In this document: positions 33,173 to 49,559 of the stretch, piece after piece
Numbering within the stretch: the first letter of the stretch is position 1
Layout: every line of letters starts with the position of its first letter
Notes under the pieces: generated by a model
What the model was told of the DNA's origin: nothing
The model's input: only the letters and a program-made list of their open reading frames with translations
Databases searched by the model: none
From: the human T2T-CHM13v2.0 reference genome, Homo sapiens
Assembly (NCBI RefSeq): GCF_009914755.1
Contig: NC_060930.1
Length of the DNA stretch: 64,000 nucleotides
Strand: one strand, 5' to 3'
Made by a program: the position numbers and the translations under genes

Positions 33173-33621
33173 GACCGAACTTGAAAACTTCAGGGGTGCC
33201 AATTCTCCCCAGCAAAGACAGACAACATGTATTTTCTGTTCCAAAATATCCAGTAAGAAACAGAATAACTGTCATGGATGATGAGATAAACTAAGATGAC
33301 CCATAGGATCTTTCCAACTTTTAAACTTTATCACTTGTGCTCACTTATGTAGAATGTATAAGTACATTTTGAGTCCAAAATTTTGAACTACTTCTTTTGG
33401 TAGCTGTATTTCATGGATAATATTATTTAGAGTAATTTGATGTGATGAAACCTAAGACAGAGCAAGCACATTGTGTAAAGCTTTGTTTTATGATCTAATG
33501 AAAAAAGCAGAATGAAAGTGTTTCTTAAGTGATCAGTCTAGAAAGATATTTTAATTTGTTGGTGATTTACCATTTTTAACATTTTCATGAAACAATTATT
33601 GATTTAAAATATGGATAAGAG

Positions 33622-33926
<305 letters not shown>

Positions 33927-34060
33927 GGACAAGAAATACAAATGGCAATTTACTCAAAAACTTGTCACACTTATCCTTAGTATGAATGTACTCCTCTAGA
34001 GAGCATTAAAGATATACCACTACAAAGTACTAAAAAGTTTTCTATAATTTTTAAGTGTTA

Positions 34061-34066
34061 TTTATT
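34061..34066 (-). terminator. Candidate distal REPS1 polyA signal AATAAA (others at 34280, 34577, 34855, 35261, 35430)
   Basis: TTTATT on + downstream of the REPS1 stop. Confidence 0.5.
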
Positions 34067-34653
34067 GGAAGGCTAAATTCTAAGAAGCTTTAAAAAATAT
34101 TTTTGACATTGTTAAATTAGAAGGCTATTTTTAAAAAGCATATTTTAAAAAACAAAACTAAATGGAAACAGCAAAACTTGCTTGTAATGAAATACAGCTG
34201 AGTAAAAATGTTTCTTTGAAAACAAAGACACTCAGAAAAACAGGTGTTGAGTAGTTTCCTGGGCCTTTAATGCTTTAAATTTATTATTTAACAACTAAAG
34301 CCATACTGAAAGCCACTTGGAAACTTCAGCTGATGTATATTTTTACCTAGATATTGTCAGGTAAAAATTGTATTAATCTTGGAAGCTTGAGGTTGTCAGT
34401 TTCCCTTGTTCTTCAAATTCTTGTTTACAGTAACAAAGTCTATCGGTGCAGTTTAGGACTGTGAATCTATAGTATTTAAACATTTTTTCTTTCAGAAATG
34501 AAAATACAAAATCTTCTATTTCTTAAAACTTTAAATCTTGTTAAAAAGATGAACAAAAGTTAAAATATTATGCTGTTTTATTGGTGTAAAACCACACTTC
34601 TGATTCTGCCAAGATATATCCATGCAGTTTAAAATCTATGATCCTATAGACAG

Positions 34654-34659
34654 AATAAA
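34654..34659 (+). terminator. Candidate ECT2L polyadenylation signal AATAAA (an ATTAAA also lies at 34005-34010)
   Basis: First canonical AATAAA I found on + after the stop codon, about 1.5 kb downstream. Confidence 0.5.
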
Positions 34660-35608
34660 TCTTAAAGGGAATATCTGCTGTTAGCAATGGATCGAAATGT
34701 ATATATCATTTAATATTAAACAAAATCTAAAACAGCATATTGTCCTGAATAAGGCATACTCCAGAAACTCATTAATAGGAAAAACTTGTCTGTATAGCAA
34801 AAGAATGAGTGACAAGATGGCTAAAGGTAAACTAGAAATCCTAAGGAATTTCCCTTTATTCTGGGAATAACTGATATCCTCAGAAGTTTTAAAACAATAC
34901 TTAAAAAAATTAAGAAAGGCCATTACTCATACCTATTTCATAAGTTTACATGACTGCTGAATTATTGAATCTCATAAAATAGTTCGAAGTCGCTGATGAA
35001 GTTGATCACATTTCCACAAGGAAAATATAAAATCTCACATGTTTGTATTTGTCACAAGTTGACATGTAAAAGAGGCTTCAATGTACCACATGATTTGTGA
35101 AGAATGTAGACGGCTGCAGAGAGTAAATTAGCTTATGGTGAAAACCACCTTATCCAATATAATTCTTTAAAATCAAAATTAAATGGGAAACTCTTTCTAA
35201 AGATTTTTATAGAATAGATGCTTTATGTAAAATATTAAACATAAAAGGACAAACTGACAATTTATTTCTGAGTCTGTGACTGAGATGTAAATGAGGAGCC
35301 CATTCTATAAATTAAATTGGTGTGTGGTATTATCCATAGAAGCATTGCATATCCCAGATGCTAGGGAACAGAAAAGGTGGGTGTGCCAACAAACACAATC
35401 TACCCTCCAGAAAACGCCATCCTGACCTTTTTATTGTCGAAATTAAAAAATAAAAGATACTTAAATACAACGGTGAACATATAGGGCAAAACAGAATCAT
35501 AAAATTTAATGTTGAGTTAAGCAGTGAGCTGAATGTCTAGGTCTCCAAATTGGCTTTGAACCCAAAACCACTTAAAAACAAGTATGTTCACAGTTAACGG
35601 CAATTGGC

Positions 35609-35707
<99 letters not shown>

Positions 35708-35839
35708 TCAAAGTATATAAAAATGAAGAAATATCTAACAACAGCTCTGCTTCAAGAAAACAATTTAAATTTGTCAAGACAACTAAGGGAGAGCTTATTC
35801 ATATTTTAAAAGTATACTTCACTTTAGAAATGTAGTTTC

Positions 35840-36135
<296 letters not shown>

Positions 36136-36924
36136 GAAATGTAGTTTCTTTATATGTTTAATATTAAAATAAGATCCTAGTAATTTCAAACATTTTCTTA
36201 TTACACAAATCAGGGAAATAGAATGTCTAGTTTTTAGAAAAGTCACTGTTTGCAACAATGGGTATTAACACCTGAATTTTGCAATAAACCCGCCCCCTGG
36301 TAGATGAATTTGTTAATGTAGCTTCTTTTCCCTAGTGATGACATCTGGCTATATCAACTCCTAGATCTCATTTTGAGCTTTAGTTTCCCAAAGAATAACT
36401 TTGCATTCAGAATTTTTAATCAATGTTGATTTTAGGCAGTCTTTTCAGTTAGCCACCATATTCTAACTTACTTACTTTCCTATTTTTCTCTTTCAAATTG
36501 ACAGTACTGTGTTTTAACCAGAACTACCTCTATTTTGTACCTTACTTCCCATTTTCTGTTCTCAGAAGTAAGGAAAAAAGTAATTTTTCAAAATAGCTTC
36601 TATATACTTGTTTCAATGGTCTTCCCTGGTTCAGAAAAACATGCATTAACAAAATTTTCATCTTCATGGTATTATACTACTAAGCTTGTCTTTAAGTTCA
36701 TTCTTCCTGTACGATGGACTAAATTAATAATCATATAACTACAAATGTCTTCTCCTCTGATCATAGAGTTATACAACAATATCATTCATTCAATAGATGT
36801 TTATCAAATGCCTAAAATATGATCTAGGTTTTGGGGATAGACACAAAGTGGCCATAAGTTTATATCATTCATTCAACAGACATTAACAAATGCCTAACAT
36901 ACTAGGTTTCGAGGAGAGGGACAA

Positions 36925-37402
36925 GACGGTCATAAGTGTATCTAGGACAATCCCAGTTTATACCCAGTGTCTTGGCCTAAATAATAGTAATACCACCCTC
37001 TTTTTTTCCTCTCAAAAGTGTCTCGATTTGGATGGTATATTACGTGGTCTTCCTAAACAGAAATGATTATGATTTACCCTCAATGAGTTCACTGTAGTAG
37101 GACAGAGAGACAAATGTGTCACAGATAATAATTCCAGGACAGTGTAATAAATGCTAAATGAGGAGCATGAACAGAATGTTAGGAGAATGAACTAACTGCA
37201 TTCATTTTTCATTTCCATGGACTCTCATCTCATCTTTGTTCTATTCCAAGTGGGGCCAACAGTGCTCCAGCATCTCCACTGCCTGGAAGCTTAGGAGAAA
37301 TGCAGAATTCCCAGGTCCCACCTTAGCTCTACAAAAACCAGAATCTTCATTTTAACATGACCCAAGATTACCTGTATATGCCTTAAGGTTTGAGAACCAC
37401 TG
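36925..37402. mobile_element. MER94-like (about 36925-37056) and MER5A-like (about 37235-37402) hAT fragments
   Basis: Recognised by eye from consensus-like segments. Confidence 0.6.
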
Positions 37403-37732
37403 GTTTGTAAGACATGAGTACCTAATAATGTTGGGGAACCATAAGCAATTCTGGGAGTAATTTTTTTTTTTGACTCAATAAAGAAGGAGTAAGTAAGAGT
37501 AATTTTTATTTCTAGGGATGCAAAGAAATTATAGTTACTAGAAAACAAACACATTCCTCTCAGGTATTAGGTGACAGTATACACACTGCATAAGCAGCAT
37601 TTCTATTTAAGGCTTGCCTTTTCTCTTTCCACATGCAAGATGACTGAAATTGCTGCCACTTCTCTTCTTCTTTAGACCTGTTTAAGTCCCTTTAATGGAA
37701 TCTGAGTTGTCTTTGATAAAAGGACAAACTAG

Positions 37733-37857
37733 GACCTGGGTGCAGTGGCTCACGCCTGTAATCCCAGCTACTCAGGAGGCTGAAGTGGGAGGATAGCTTG
37801 AGCCCAGGTTGCCAGGGTGATAGAGCGAGATCGTGTCTCTTTAAAAAAAAAAAAAAA

Positions 37858-37897
<40 letters not shown>
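37733..37897 (+). mobile_element. Internally deleted Alu with A tail, then (GT)n
   Basis: Direct reading. Confidence 0.85.
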
Positions 37898-37899
<2 letters not shown>

Positions 37900-38046
37900 C
37901 GGGGAGGGGTTAACTAACCACAGTCAAAGCATCTAGAAAATTAGAGAAGAGAACCATATATGTGATCTTGGAGGTATCTGAGGTCACATTCCTTCTCTTT
38001 AGGTTTCTTTACTAAGATAAGGAACATTATAAAGATTCAGAAACTA

Positions 38047-38217
<171 letters not shown>

Positions 38218-38419
38218 CTATTCCTTCCTGATCTATTTCTAAACATGAGAAGCAAAAAGAGCATCTTTTTCCTTACTAGCACAGCTCAACCTCACTTGCT
38301 CAGTTGCAGTAGTATATAAGCTTCAGCACTATAGGAAAGGTTAAAAAAAAAAAAAGAAATTATTAAAAAAATTCTTCTTCTGTAGAATCACCTGAATTTA
38401 AGTAAAAGAGTCTAAAGTA

Positions 38420-38645
38420 GGTACTGGCAAACCTTTTCTGTAAAAAACCAGATAGTAAATAATTTCAGGCTTTGTGGGCCAAAGAGTTTCTGTCTCATAT
38501 TCTAGTTTTTTGTTTTCTTTTCTCTTCTATTTTTTCTTCTCTCTTCTACAAAAAAGAAAAAGTCATTCTTAGCTCATGGGCTATACAAAAACAGGCCATA
38601 GGCTGAATTTGGCCCATTAAGACTTAATCTGCTGATTCCTGGTCT
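38420..38645. mobile_element. MER58-like element
   Basis: ggcaaaccttttctgtaaa...agatagtaaata...aaacaggcc. Confidence 0.7.
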
Positions 38646-38813
38646 AGAACACCATAATTAAAATACCAGTTTTACTATAAACTATCAAGTTTAAAAAATG
38701 TACTGCTACGGGGTTTGAAAACAGGGTGTTAAAATGGCATTGAATTCAACTTAATAAAGGGGGAAACATGGGAAGAATACCTACCCGTACATGAGGAGGC
38801 TCTGCTCAATTAA

Positions 38814-39153
<340 letters not shown>

Positions 39154-39224
39154 AGTTTGATTATTTTTAATTGTCGTGCTTTTTCTTCCTAGTAATTAAA
39201 TGTGTCTAGGAATAGCTTTGATTA

Positions 39225-39419
<195 letters not shown>

Positions 39420-40083
39420 TCATAGTTAGCACTTTGCAACACCATTTGCTTTCTTTAAGCCATTTGCTCTTGGAAAATTGAAAGTTACTTGTCCTACTTT
39501 AAATCTATATATTTGTGGCAAGAGCTAACTTAAATTACAGTGAGAAAAGATGTTTCTAGTTGACACCACAATCATGAATGTACCTGCAATATAAGTATTT
39601 TTAGAGCAACATACTGATGCAAGACTGTAATATTCACAGTTTTAACATAAATATGATACAGAATCAATATATACCTGTTCAACAATAAACAAAGGCAGTC
39701 TCCAGAAATATCTATGCATTATCACCATAGGATTTCTTACTCAAAAATACTAACATTCATCTTAATGAATAAAATAACATTATAAAGTAATGGAAAGCTA
39801 GGCAACTCTTTAAAAAACCAAAAACATCATTATTAATATGCACTGTAATTATAACTTCTGAAAATGAGTTGACAGTTTGTCGGTGATTATGAATCTGCCC
39901 TTGGCAGAATAAAAAACAGCATTTTGGCATTTACCATAACTTGATTTACCTGTAAATAAATAAAAACAATAGTCAACTGCTATCTCTTTAGTTAAGTGAT
40001 ATTTTTAATTTGTTACTGTGAGTTGACAAAAATAAAGTTCATTACTTAAAAACTCACAGGACTACTAATGTAATAAAACATAG

Positions 40084-40421
40084 TGATATGGTTTGGCTCG
40101 GTGTCCCCAGATCTCACTTCAAATTGTAATCCCCATGTGTCAAGCGAGGGGCCTGGTGGGAGGTGACTGGGTCATGGGGGTGGTCCCCCATGCTGTTCTT
40201 ATGAGAGTGAGGGAGTTCTCACAAGACCTAATGGTTTTACAGTGAGGCACTTCCTCACTCTTTTTCTATCCTGCCACCTGCTTCCCCTTTGCCTTCCACC
40301 ATAAATGTAAATTTCCTGAGGCCTCCCCAGCCATGCAGAGCTGTGAGTCAATTAAATCTCTTGTTTATAAATTACCGTCTCAGGTGGCATCTTTATAGCA
40401 GTGTGAAAACAGACTAATACA
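40084..40421 (+). mobile_element. MaLR LTR (MSTA-like)
   Basis: tgatatggtttggct...acagactaataca. Confidence 0.88.
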
Positions 40422-40571
40422 CACACAGTGTCCAGAAAGTAGAATTTAAGCACTTCAGAAACACATGCTGTTTTTATAACTATTGGGAATGTCTAGATAA
40501 CAGAAAAAAAAAGTTACCAAAATTATTCCCTCAAAGGGAAAGTGTGCTGATACTTGCAATCTAAAGTACAC

Positions 40572-41278
40572 TGATATAGTTTAGATATTTGTCCCCTCCA
40601 AATCTCATGGTGAAATGTGACCTCTAATGTTGGAGGTGGGCCTAGTGGGAGGTGTTTGGGTCATGGAGATAGATCCCTTGTGAATGGCTTGGTGCCCTTC
40701 TCACAGTAATGAATGAGTTCTTACTCTTGAGTTCACATGAGAGCTGGCTGTTTAAAGAGCCTGGCATCTCTCCTTGCTCCCTCACTCACCATGTGACACA
40801 CCGGCTCCCACTTTGCCTTCTGCCATGATTCTAAGTTTCCTGAGGCTTCACAAGAAGCAGATGCTGGTACCATGCTTTCTGTACAGCATGCAGAACCATG
40901 AGGCAAAATAAACCTCTTTTCTTTTTTTGAGACAGGGTCTCACTCTGTCACCCAGGGTGGAGTGTAGGGCACTATCTCAGCTCACAGCAACCTCCACCTC
41001 CCAGGCTCAAGCGATCCCCCCACTTCAGCCTGCCAAGTAGCTGGGACTATAGGCGCATACCACCACACACGGCTAATATTTGTACTTTTTGTAGAGACGG
41101 GGTTTCGCCACATTGCCCAGGCTGGTCTCAAACTCCTGAGTTCAAGTGATCCGCCTGCCTTGGACTCTCAAAGTGCTGGGATTACTGGTGTGAGCCACTG
41201 TGTCCGGCATAACCTCTTTTCTTTACAGATTACCCAGTCTCACATATTCCTTTATAGCAATGCAGACGGACTAACACA
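40572..41278 (+). mobile_element. MaLR LTR (MSTB-like) with a nested antisense Alu at 40917-41208
   Basis: tgatatagtttagatatttgtcccctcc...ggactaacaca; Alu TSD aacctcttttcttt. Confidence 0.88.
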
Positions 41279-41777
41279 GACATAAAACATATAAGGATTG
41301 ACAGATGAACAGATGGCATGGAGAGATATGTAGTAAAGCAAGTATCCTAAAATAATAATGGTATAAAGTAGTGAATTTACTGATGTACAATGAAAAATTG
41401 TTTCAATTTTTCTGTATGCTTAAACGTTTTCATAATAAAATGTTGGGGGAAAAAATTATACCTAAAACAGTTAAAGAACAAGTTAAGAGAACAGGGAATA
41501 ATAACAACCTTAGAGGGCTGATAATTTTTCTTTATTATATTGAAGACTACAATAAAAGAAACTGAATTTCACCTATAAAGAAGTTCTACCTTATATAGTG
41601 GGAAGAATGCAATAACCACTTAAATTTTGAGAACCTGTGACACATACTTAACATAGATTACAGAATATCATCTCCATTAAATAGGCAGACTTTGTTCTGA
41701 GCTAGACTGACTATACTACAGTTAAAGGCAGAGAAATGGGTTAGATGATTTCTGGCTGACCTTATTTCTAAAAATTA

Positions 41778-41927
<150 letters not shown>

Positions 41928-42110
41928 CTAAAAATGAATATGTTTATCACTATTAATTCTACATAACATGTAATTATGCATAAATATAGAATATGTACCA
42001 AATCAGAATAAAATGTTAAATATTCTGACAAGAAAACTGAGATGATGATAAGAAACTTGAAGGAACTTTATTAAATGAGCCTTCTCTGCTACTGAAAGGC
42101 AGATGGGAGA

Positions 42111-42465
42111 GCAGGTAATAGATGTGTGAGGGAGAGGAGGACAGGGCAAGGATGCAGCTATGTAACAGATGTGTGAGGGAGAGGAGGACAGAGCGAGGAT
42201 GCAGGTAACAGATGTGTGAGGGAGAGGAGGATGGGGCGAGGATGCAGGTAATAGATGTGTGAGGGAGAGGAGGACGGGGCAAGGATGCAGGTAGTAGATG
42301 TGTGAGGGAGAGGAGGATGGGGTGAGGATGCAGGTAGTAGATGTGTGAGGGAGAGGAGGAGGGGACGAGGATGCAGCTATGTAATAGATGTGTGAGGGAG
42401 AGGAGGACAGGCGAGGATGCAGGTCATAAATGTGTGAGGGAGAGGAGGACGGGGTGAGGATGCAG
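42111..42465. repeat. Minisatellite, 8 copies of a ~43-bp unit GCAGGTAATAGATGTGTGAGGGAGAGGAGGACGGGGCGAGGAT
   Basis: Units start at 42111, 42154, 42201, 42244, 42287, 42330, 42373, 42419. Confidence 0.96.
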
Positions 42466-43299
42466 CCACTGCACCGAACCTCTAAGTGGTTAGTCTGGGA
42501 AGTCTTCGTGGTTGGGAGAAGGGAGGCATCCACCCAGGGGAGTGAGTACGGTACCCTGTGCACACCTCTACATGCCCACTCTGACCCTCCTAGATGCAGC
42601 CCAGTCCCCTAATGGGCACGGCAGAAAGTTGTAGGTTTTAAAAGGGAGCTAGTAGGAAATTTTCCATGGCTATGACCTATAAGAAAGAGATTGCAGAATT
42701 CCTCTGGTCTCTCCAACTCCACATTTATGCTCAGCAATTTAGGTCAGAGATTCCTAGAGAGGTTCTTGCCATTGGAACTACAATAGAATATCCTAGAACA
42801 CTGTGAATATTAAATTTTGGTATCCTATAGTCTTTGCTTAACTAAGGCAACTTACTCTCATACAAATTTTAAATGCTTTAATTAGAAGTTTGGCTGAAAT
42901 TTGTTTTTAGTTAAAGTTGTAATTAGATCTAAAAGTTACATATAGTGAAATTCCCCTTGGGGAAAAGTTGCAATGAGTGGAGCTATGGTAACCATGGCCT
43001 CTTATGACAGGGAAATCTTCACCAAATCACACAGACAGATGCTTAGCATTAAGATGGAAACCCCCAAAGCAGCGTTTTAGCCACGGCCAGGCGGTGGTGT
43101 CTTTGCATGTGATATCAATCCCCCACCCCCACCAGACTCTGATACTTAGTAAGCATTACACTGCAACCAGCAGATATTGGAGGCCAATAAAAAAGATGAG
43201 AAGCACTGACCCAGGGAATATTTTACTCACTGATGTCCCCTCTAATATCTGCTCTGTTGACACAACATGGTATGGGAAGTGACTGCCTGCAGAAAATTA

Positions 43300-43518
<219 letters not shown>

Positions 43519-44614
43519 TCAGAACAGAGGAACACACATTCTATCAGCCTATCAGTGTCACAGAGTCATCTTCTTCTTCTTTGAAAACTTAGTATATAAA
43601 GATGACCTGTTTTATTATCTGTAAGTTCAGAGAGGTGTATTATAGTAACATTTAGCTCTAAAGAAATGATTAAACCATAAGTGAAAAGCTAAGACACTAA
43701 AAAAAAAATTAAGATGATAAACCTCCAATAAAAAGATATTTTTTTTCAAAAACTGTATTGCAAAGAAAGTACACTGAAGGAGAGGGTAGGTCTGGCCCTA
43801 CCCCCATTCTCCACTTGCATGTGTTTTTTTCTTAATTGGACTAATGCACAATAGTTTCTTCCTTAAATAAGTTATTTTTTTTTAATGTTTCACTGTTTCT
43901 TAAAAAGCTTGCTCTAAAAAGTGTGAAAACCACTGCTCTATCCTCCCAACATGTCAGGAACATTTCCCTTCAATTCATCTTCCACTCCTTTGCCAGCCAG
44001 ACCAATGCTGCTCCATCTTCAGTCTAAAAATATGTTTACTGAATATCTACTTGTGAACAAAACAAATGAGGCCCACTTATACTCTAATAAAGCTGACAGT
44101 CCGGAGCAGGAGAAGAGAATAAGTAAATAAGAAATTAAAATAGAGTGTGAGATGTTTTATGACAAAGGAAGTAAAGGATACTAAAGAAAGAAATCTGAAG
44201 TCTCTTCCCTTTAAAAATTCTTCATCTCCTCTAAGAAAAAGTCTATCCTTCTTACTACGATATGGACAGCTTCATTTCTCATCACTCCACACATCTACTC
44301 CTGTTGTGCTGAACTAACTTGTTTTCCCCTGAGGAATGTGCCAGGCTTAACACAAACCTCCATCGCTTTGTGGATGTCATACCTTCGGTTTGGAATACCT
44401 TTTCCCCAATAAATTCCACTTTATCTTTCAAGTCCCTGCTAAGTCTCATTCCTTCATTTCATGTATAATGTGATCCTTAACTTTAGCCACTAAGGCTGTC
44501 CCAAAGCATTTTATAAATGTCTACTACAGCACTCTAATTTTGATGTGGAAGGGATGCAGAGGTCATTATACTTCCTTAACTCATGTGGTAAACACATCCA
44601 GAGAGATGCAGTGA

Positions 44615-44928
<314 letters not shown>

Positions 44929-45252
44929 TGGTGAAGTGATTTTGTGAGTCACTGCTAGACCCAGGACATTAATGGATATTTCCTATCTCCCAATCCATTG
45001 TTGTTTCCACTAAACTCTTCTCTGTCAAGACATTATCATTTGTTTCACTTTTAAGGCTCTTTCAAAAAATAACTCAGATCATTCTTGAAATGTGCATCTT
45101 TCAAAATGAGATTCAGCCTCACTGAATTAAATGCTCATTAAAGATTACCAACAGATCATTCCTGACCTTCCAAATAATTTGAGAATAGAATTAAATACCT
45201 AGCAGGCAAAGTGATCATGGGACATTTAGTAATAAATACCTTGGAGAATTAC

Positions 45253-45317
45253 CTGTGAGGGCTGTGGTCTTGGAGGCACTGCAGGAGGATGGGCAACAAC
45301 TCCAGCCTGTTGTTGTC
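45253..45317 (-). CDS. REPS1: REPS1 exon ([22 protein letters not shown])
   Basis: atgcag acceptor, CAG|gtaatt donor, 65 nt, phase 1/0. Confidence 0.94.
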
Positions 45318-46008
45318 CTGCATGAATACAAAAGTTCTTCTTTTTAGTAACTGTATAATCACTTTGTTAATAGAAGAAATAGGCTGAATGAATGTGACTA
45401 CATGATAAAGATTTCTAAGAATGTTTGTTAAGTATTAGAAGGCAAGTACTAACTTGTTACATGGTCTGTATGTAACCTAAAGACCAAATCTCACAGCCTT
45501 TCATCAGATCTCACTTTGCTTCTTACCTCTATTACATGAAGCCCTCCTGGCATACTCCTGCCTATTCCCATAATAGCAAACAATCTTGATTTTCTTCGTG
45601 TATCTCTGACTGCTGTTTAGGTATCAAATGAAAACTTCCAAATTTTCCCTTTCACTTAACACTTCACTTTTCCTCACCATTCTAAACTCACAGTGACTAA
45701 AACATAACTTCATCATCCTCTGCCCTAACTTTTCTATTTTAACCAAGGTAACAACAATACTGCCAGTTCTTCAAAAATTAAAAACCTGGGTAAGTTATGA
45801 CTCTTCTTCTTCATCAGCCAAATTGAGACCTATCAGTTCCCACCCCCCCAACCCCTTAATATCACAACACCGTTCTTTTAAAATTTCCTGTGACATCTCT
45901 CAGGTTCCCATCTTCATTATTTGCACTCAAACACACTTTAAGTAGTCATTAAGAAAAGAAATTGCCTCTCATCTGCTGTCTTTTAATCCAAAATTTTCCT
46001 TCAGATAA

Positions 46009-46314
<306 letters not shown>

Positions 46315-46404
46315 TAAAAGACATGTAATAGAAACAAAAATAAAATGTGTATGTGTGTTGGATTAACTTTAAAATTAAATGATAATGTATATTATGGTTC
46401 TCTA

Positions 46405-46563
<159 letters not shown>

Positions 46564-46761
46564 CTACTGATATCAGAGCTTTTTTCTTTTTAAACATTTA
46601 CACTTGGCTAAGCAGCAAAGGATCTTATTAGCATGACATTTTCTCAACACTCAAGTATGTAAGTGTTACAATAAATTAAGATAGCACTGTTTATGATGTA
46701 CCCTAAACAACTGATTATTTTATGTGGCTAACAATTTTTTTAATAAAGTTATTAAGCAAAA

Positions 46762-47247
<486 letters not shown>

Positions 47248-48060
47248 TGAAGTACCCTTTCATGTGTCCGCAGAGGCCATCTCATTTTAGAGGTGACTAT
47301 GCTCAAACTCAACTCGCCCTAGAGATTCACTTCTTTGCTACCAAAGTCTTTCATATTCTGAAAAGAGTCTCCAAGGACTCTGGTAATCTGATCTGCATAT
47401 ATGGGAATAAACAGCAGAGTAAAATCCAAGATGACTGAGAATGCTAAGAAACACAGGAAGAACTACATGAAGAATCAGAAAGGAAGACAAGCAGCCTTCT
47501 GACTCTAAGCTGCTTGGAGATTCTGCATCCTCGCTACATCCACTGGGCACACAGCAAAATGATACTCAACACGTGCAAAAAGTGAGGAGAGAAAGATGCT
47601 TCTGTCCTGCACACACCTTTTAGTGGATGGTAAAGCCCTTGCAGACAAATCTCTAGCCTCCTCCACCCTATCCCACACCCTTCTTGTTTGTGCCTGAAAG
47701 GTTATATGTAACGCAGAACTTCAGGGTGGGGAGGTGGCCCACCACTGGGCTGTGCTTTTGGATGGTGTTTTAAAACACAGAATTCTTTTGGTACTTACCA
47801 TAAGGCTATACATGTATTACTTGACAGATTCTCGTTGTTTAGGTACAAAAAGGACTTATAAAACTTCTATCGTCAAGAAGTTATCACCTCTTTTTAGAGC
47901 TTCCACAACATACCATTTAGAAAGTCAGGGTTCTTTTTGTTTTTCTATTCAAGTTGGAAAGGATCAAAATTACTTGTCTTTTACATAAATCAAAAAGTAA
48001 CCTAACAGCTTTCAGAGAACAAAATCATTTGTGCTTGGTTCTAAATAGTTTTAAACATTA

Positions 48061-48201
<141 letters not shown>

Positions 48202-48461
48202 CTATTTAATAATAATCATTTCTTTACTTTTTGCTCTATCTACTCCAAACAAATATAAGTGATATGCTGTTTCAAGCCAGAGATAGTCAAAGATTGGCTA
48301 ATAGGCTAACAGTTCATCCTAGTGTTATTAACTGTAAAAAATTAACTACAAATAAATCATGGCATATTTACACAGTAGACAAAGCAAGTTATAGTCTAGA
48401 AAAAATAATGAATACTTAATGATGCAGAAATATTCAAAATAAGTCACAAAATAGTACATAT

Positions 48462-48999
48462 ACAATGTGGCCCTCCAAATCTGTGGTTCTGTATCTGTAG
48501 GTTCCACAGCTGAGGATTCAACCAACCGCAAACAGAAAATATTAGAAAATAAAGTAACATTACAACAATAAAAATAACACAAATAAAAAACCATGCAGCA
48601 TGACCGTTTTTTTAATATAGTTTGCATGCGTGTGTGTGTGTGTATGTTTGTGTGTGTGTGTGTGCGTGTGTATATTTTTTTGGGGGTTAGAAATGAGGTC
48701 TCGCTATATTGTCCAGTCTGGTCTCTAACTCCTGGGTTTAAGCAATCCTCCTGCCTTGATTTCCCAAAGTGCTGGGATTACAGGTGTGAGCCACCGTGCC
48801 TGGCCCAATAAAACAACTATTTACATTGTATTAAGTATTATAAGAAATCTAGAGATTATTTAAAGTATACAGGAGGATGTGCATAGGTTACATGCAAATA
48901 CTACACCATTCTACATATCAGAGAGCTGAGCATTCACAGATTTTGGTACCCATGGGGGTCCTGGAACCAATTCCCTAAACATATTGAGGGATGACTGTA
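48462..48999. mobile_element. MER2 element interrupted by (TG)n and an antisense Alu monomer (about 48626-48806)
   Basis: ggattcaaccaaccgc...gagggatgactgta. Confidence 0.8.
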
Positions 49000-49559
49000 T
49001 TACAATTTCACATTAGATACAAACATAACTTACATATGTGCAGAATGAGAACTAAAGTTGACAATGAATCTGTTAATCACAGACATTTGTGGAATAGTGA
49101 GAATATGAATAATTATTTCATTTTTATCTATTACATTTCTACAATAAATACGTTACTTCTGTAATGGACAAAAAGGTCGCTTTTAAAGAACAAATTAGAA
49201 ATACTTTAAATAAAAGTAATTTTAAAATTGTTAATGTGAAAATTAAAAATTTGACATGGGAATAAAATGTGCTTATACAATAATAACAATTATGAAATTA
49301 GCCAAGGATCCCAGCTTTTTCTGCAGAGGAAACATTTATTTTCAATTTCCTCAAAGTCTCATGAAGCACAAGAGAATCCCAGAAATAGACTAAGAGTTGT
49401 GACAGAAAAAAGAAATTTTAAGATAGAAACTCTAGAGACAATCTGAAGGAATATTACTACATATGTTCAAGAGTCATAAGCTGAAGGGACTGGTTATTTT
49501 AATTGTATTTCAAAATGTATCTCTTTCCTTTTTCTTGTAAATCACAGAATCATCTAGTT

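Noticed and set aside
42111-42465. CRISPR-like array
   Set aside because: Head-to-tail units without unique spacers, in eukaryotic intronic DNA.
42003-42563. 186-aa ORF, the longest in the track
   Set aside because: It is the translation of the 43-bp minisatellite; low complexity, non-ATG start, no exon context.
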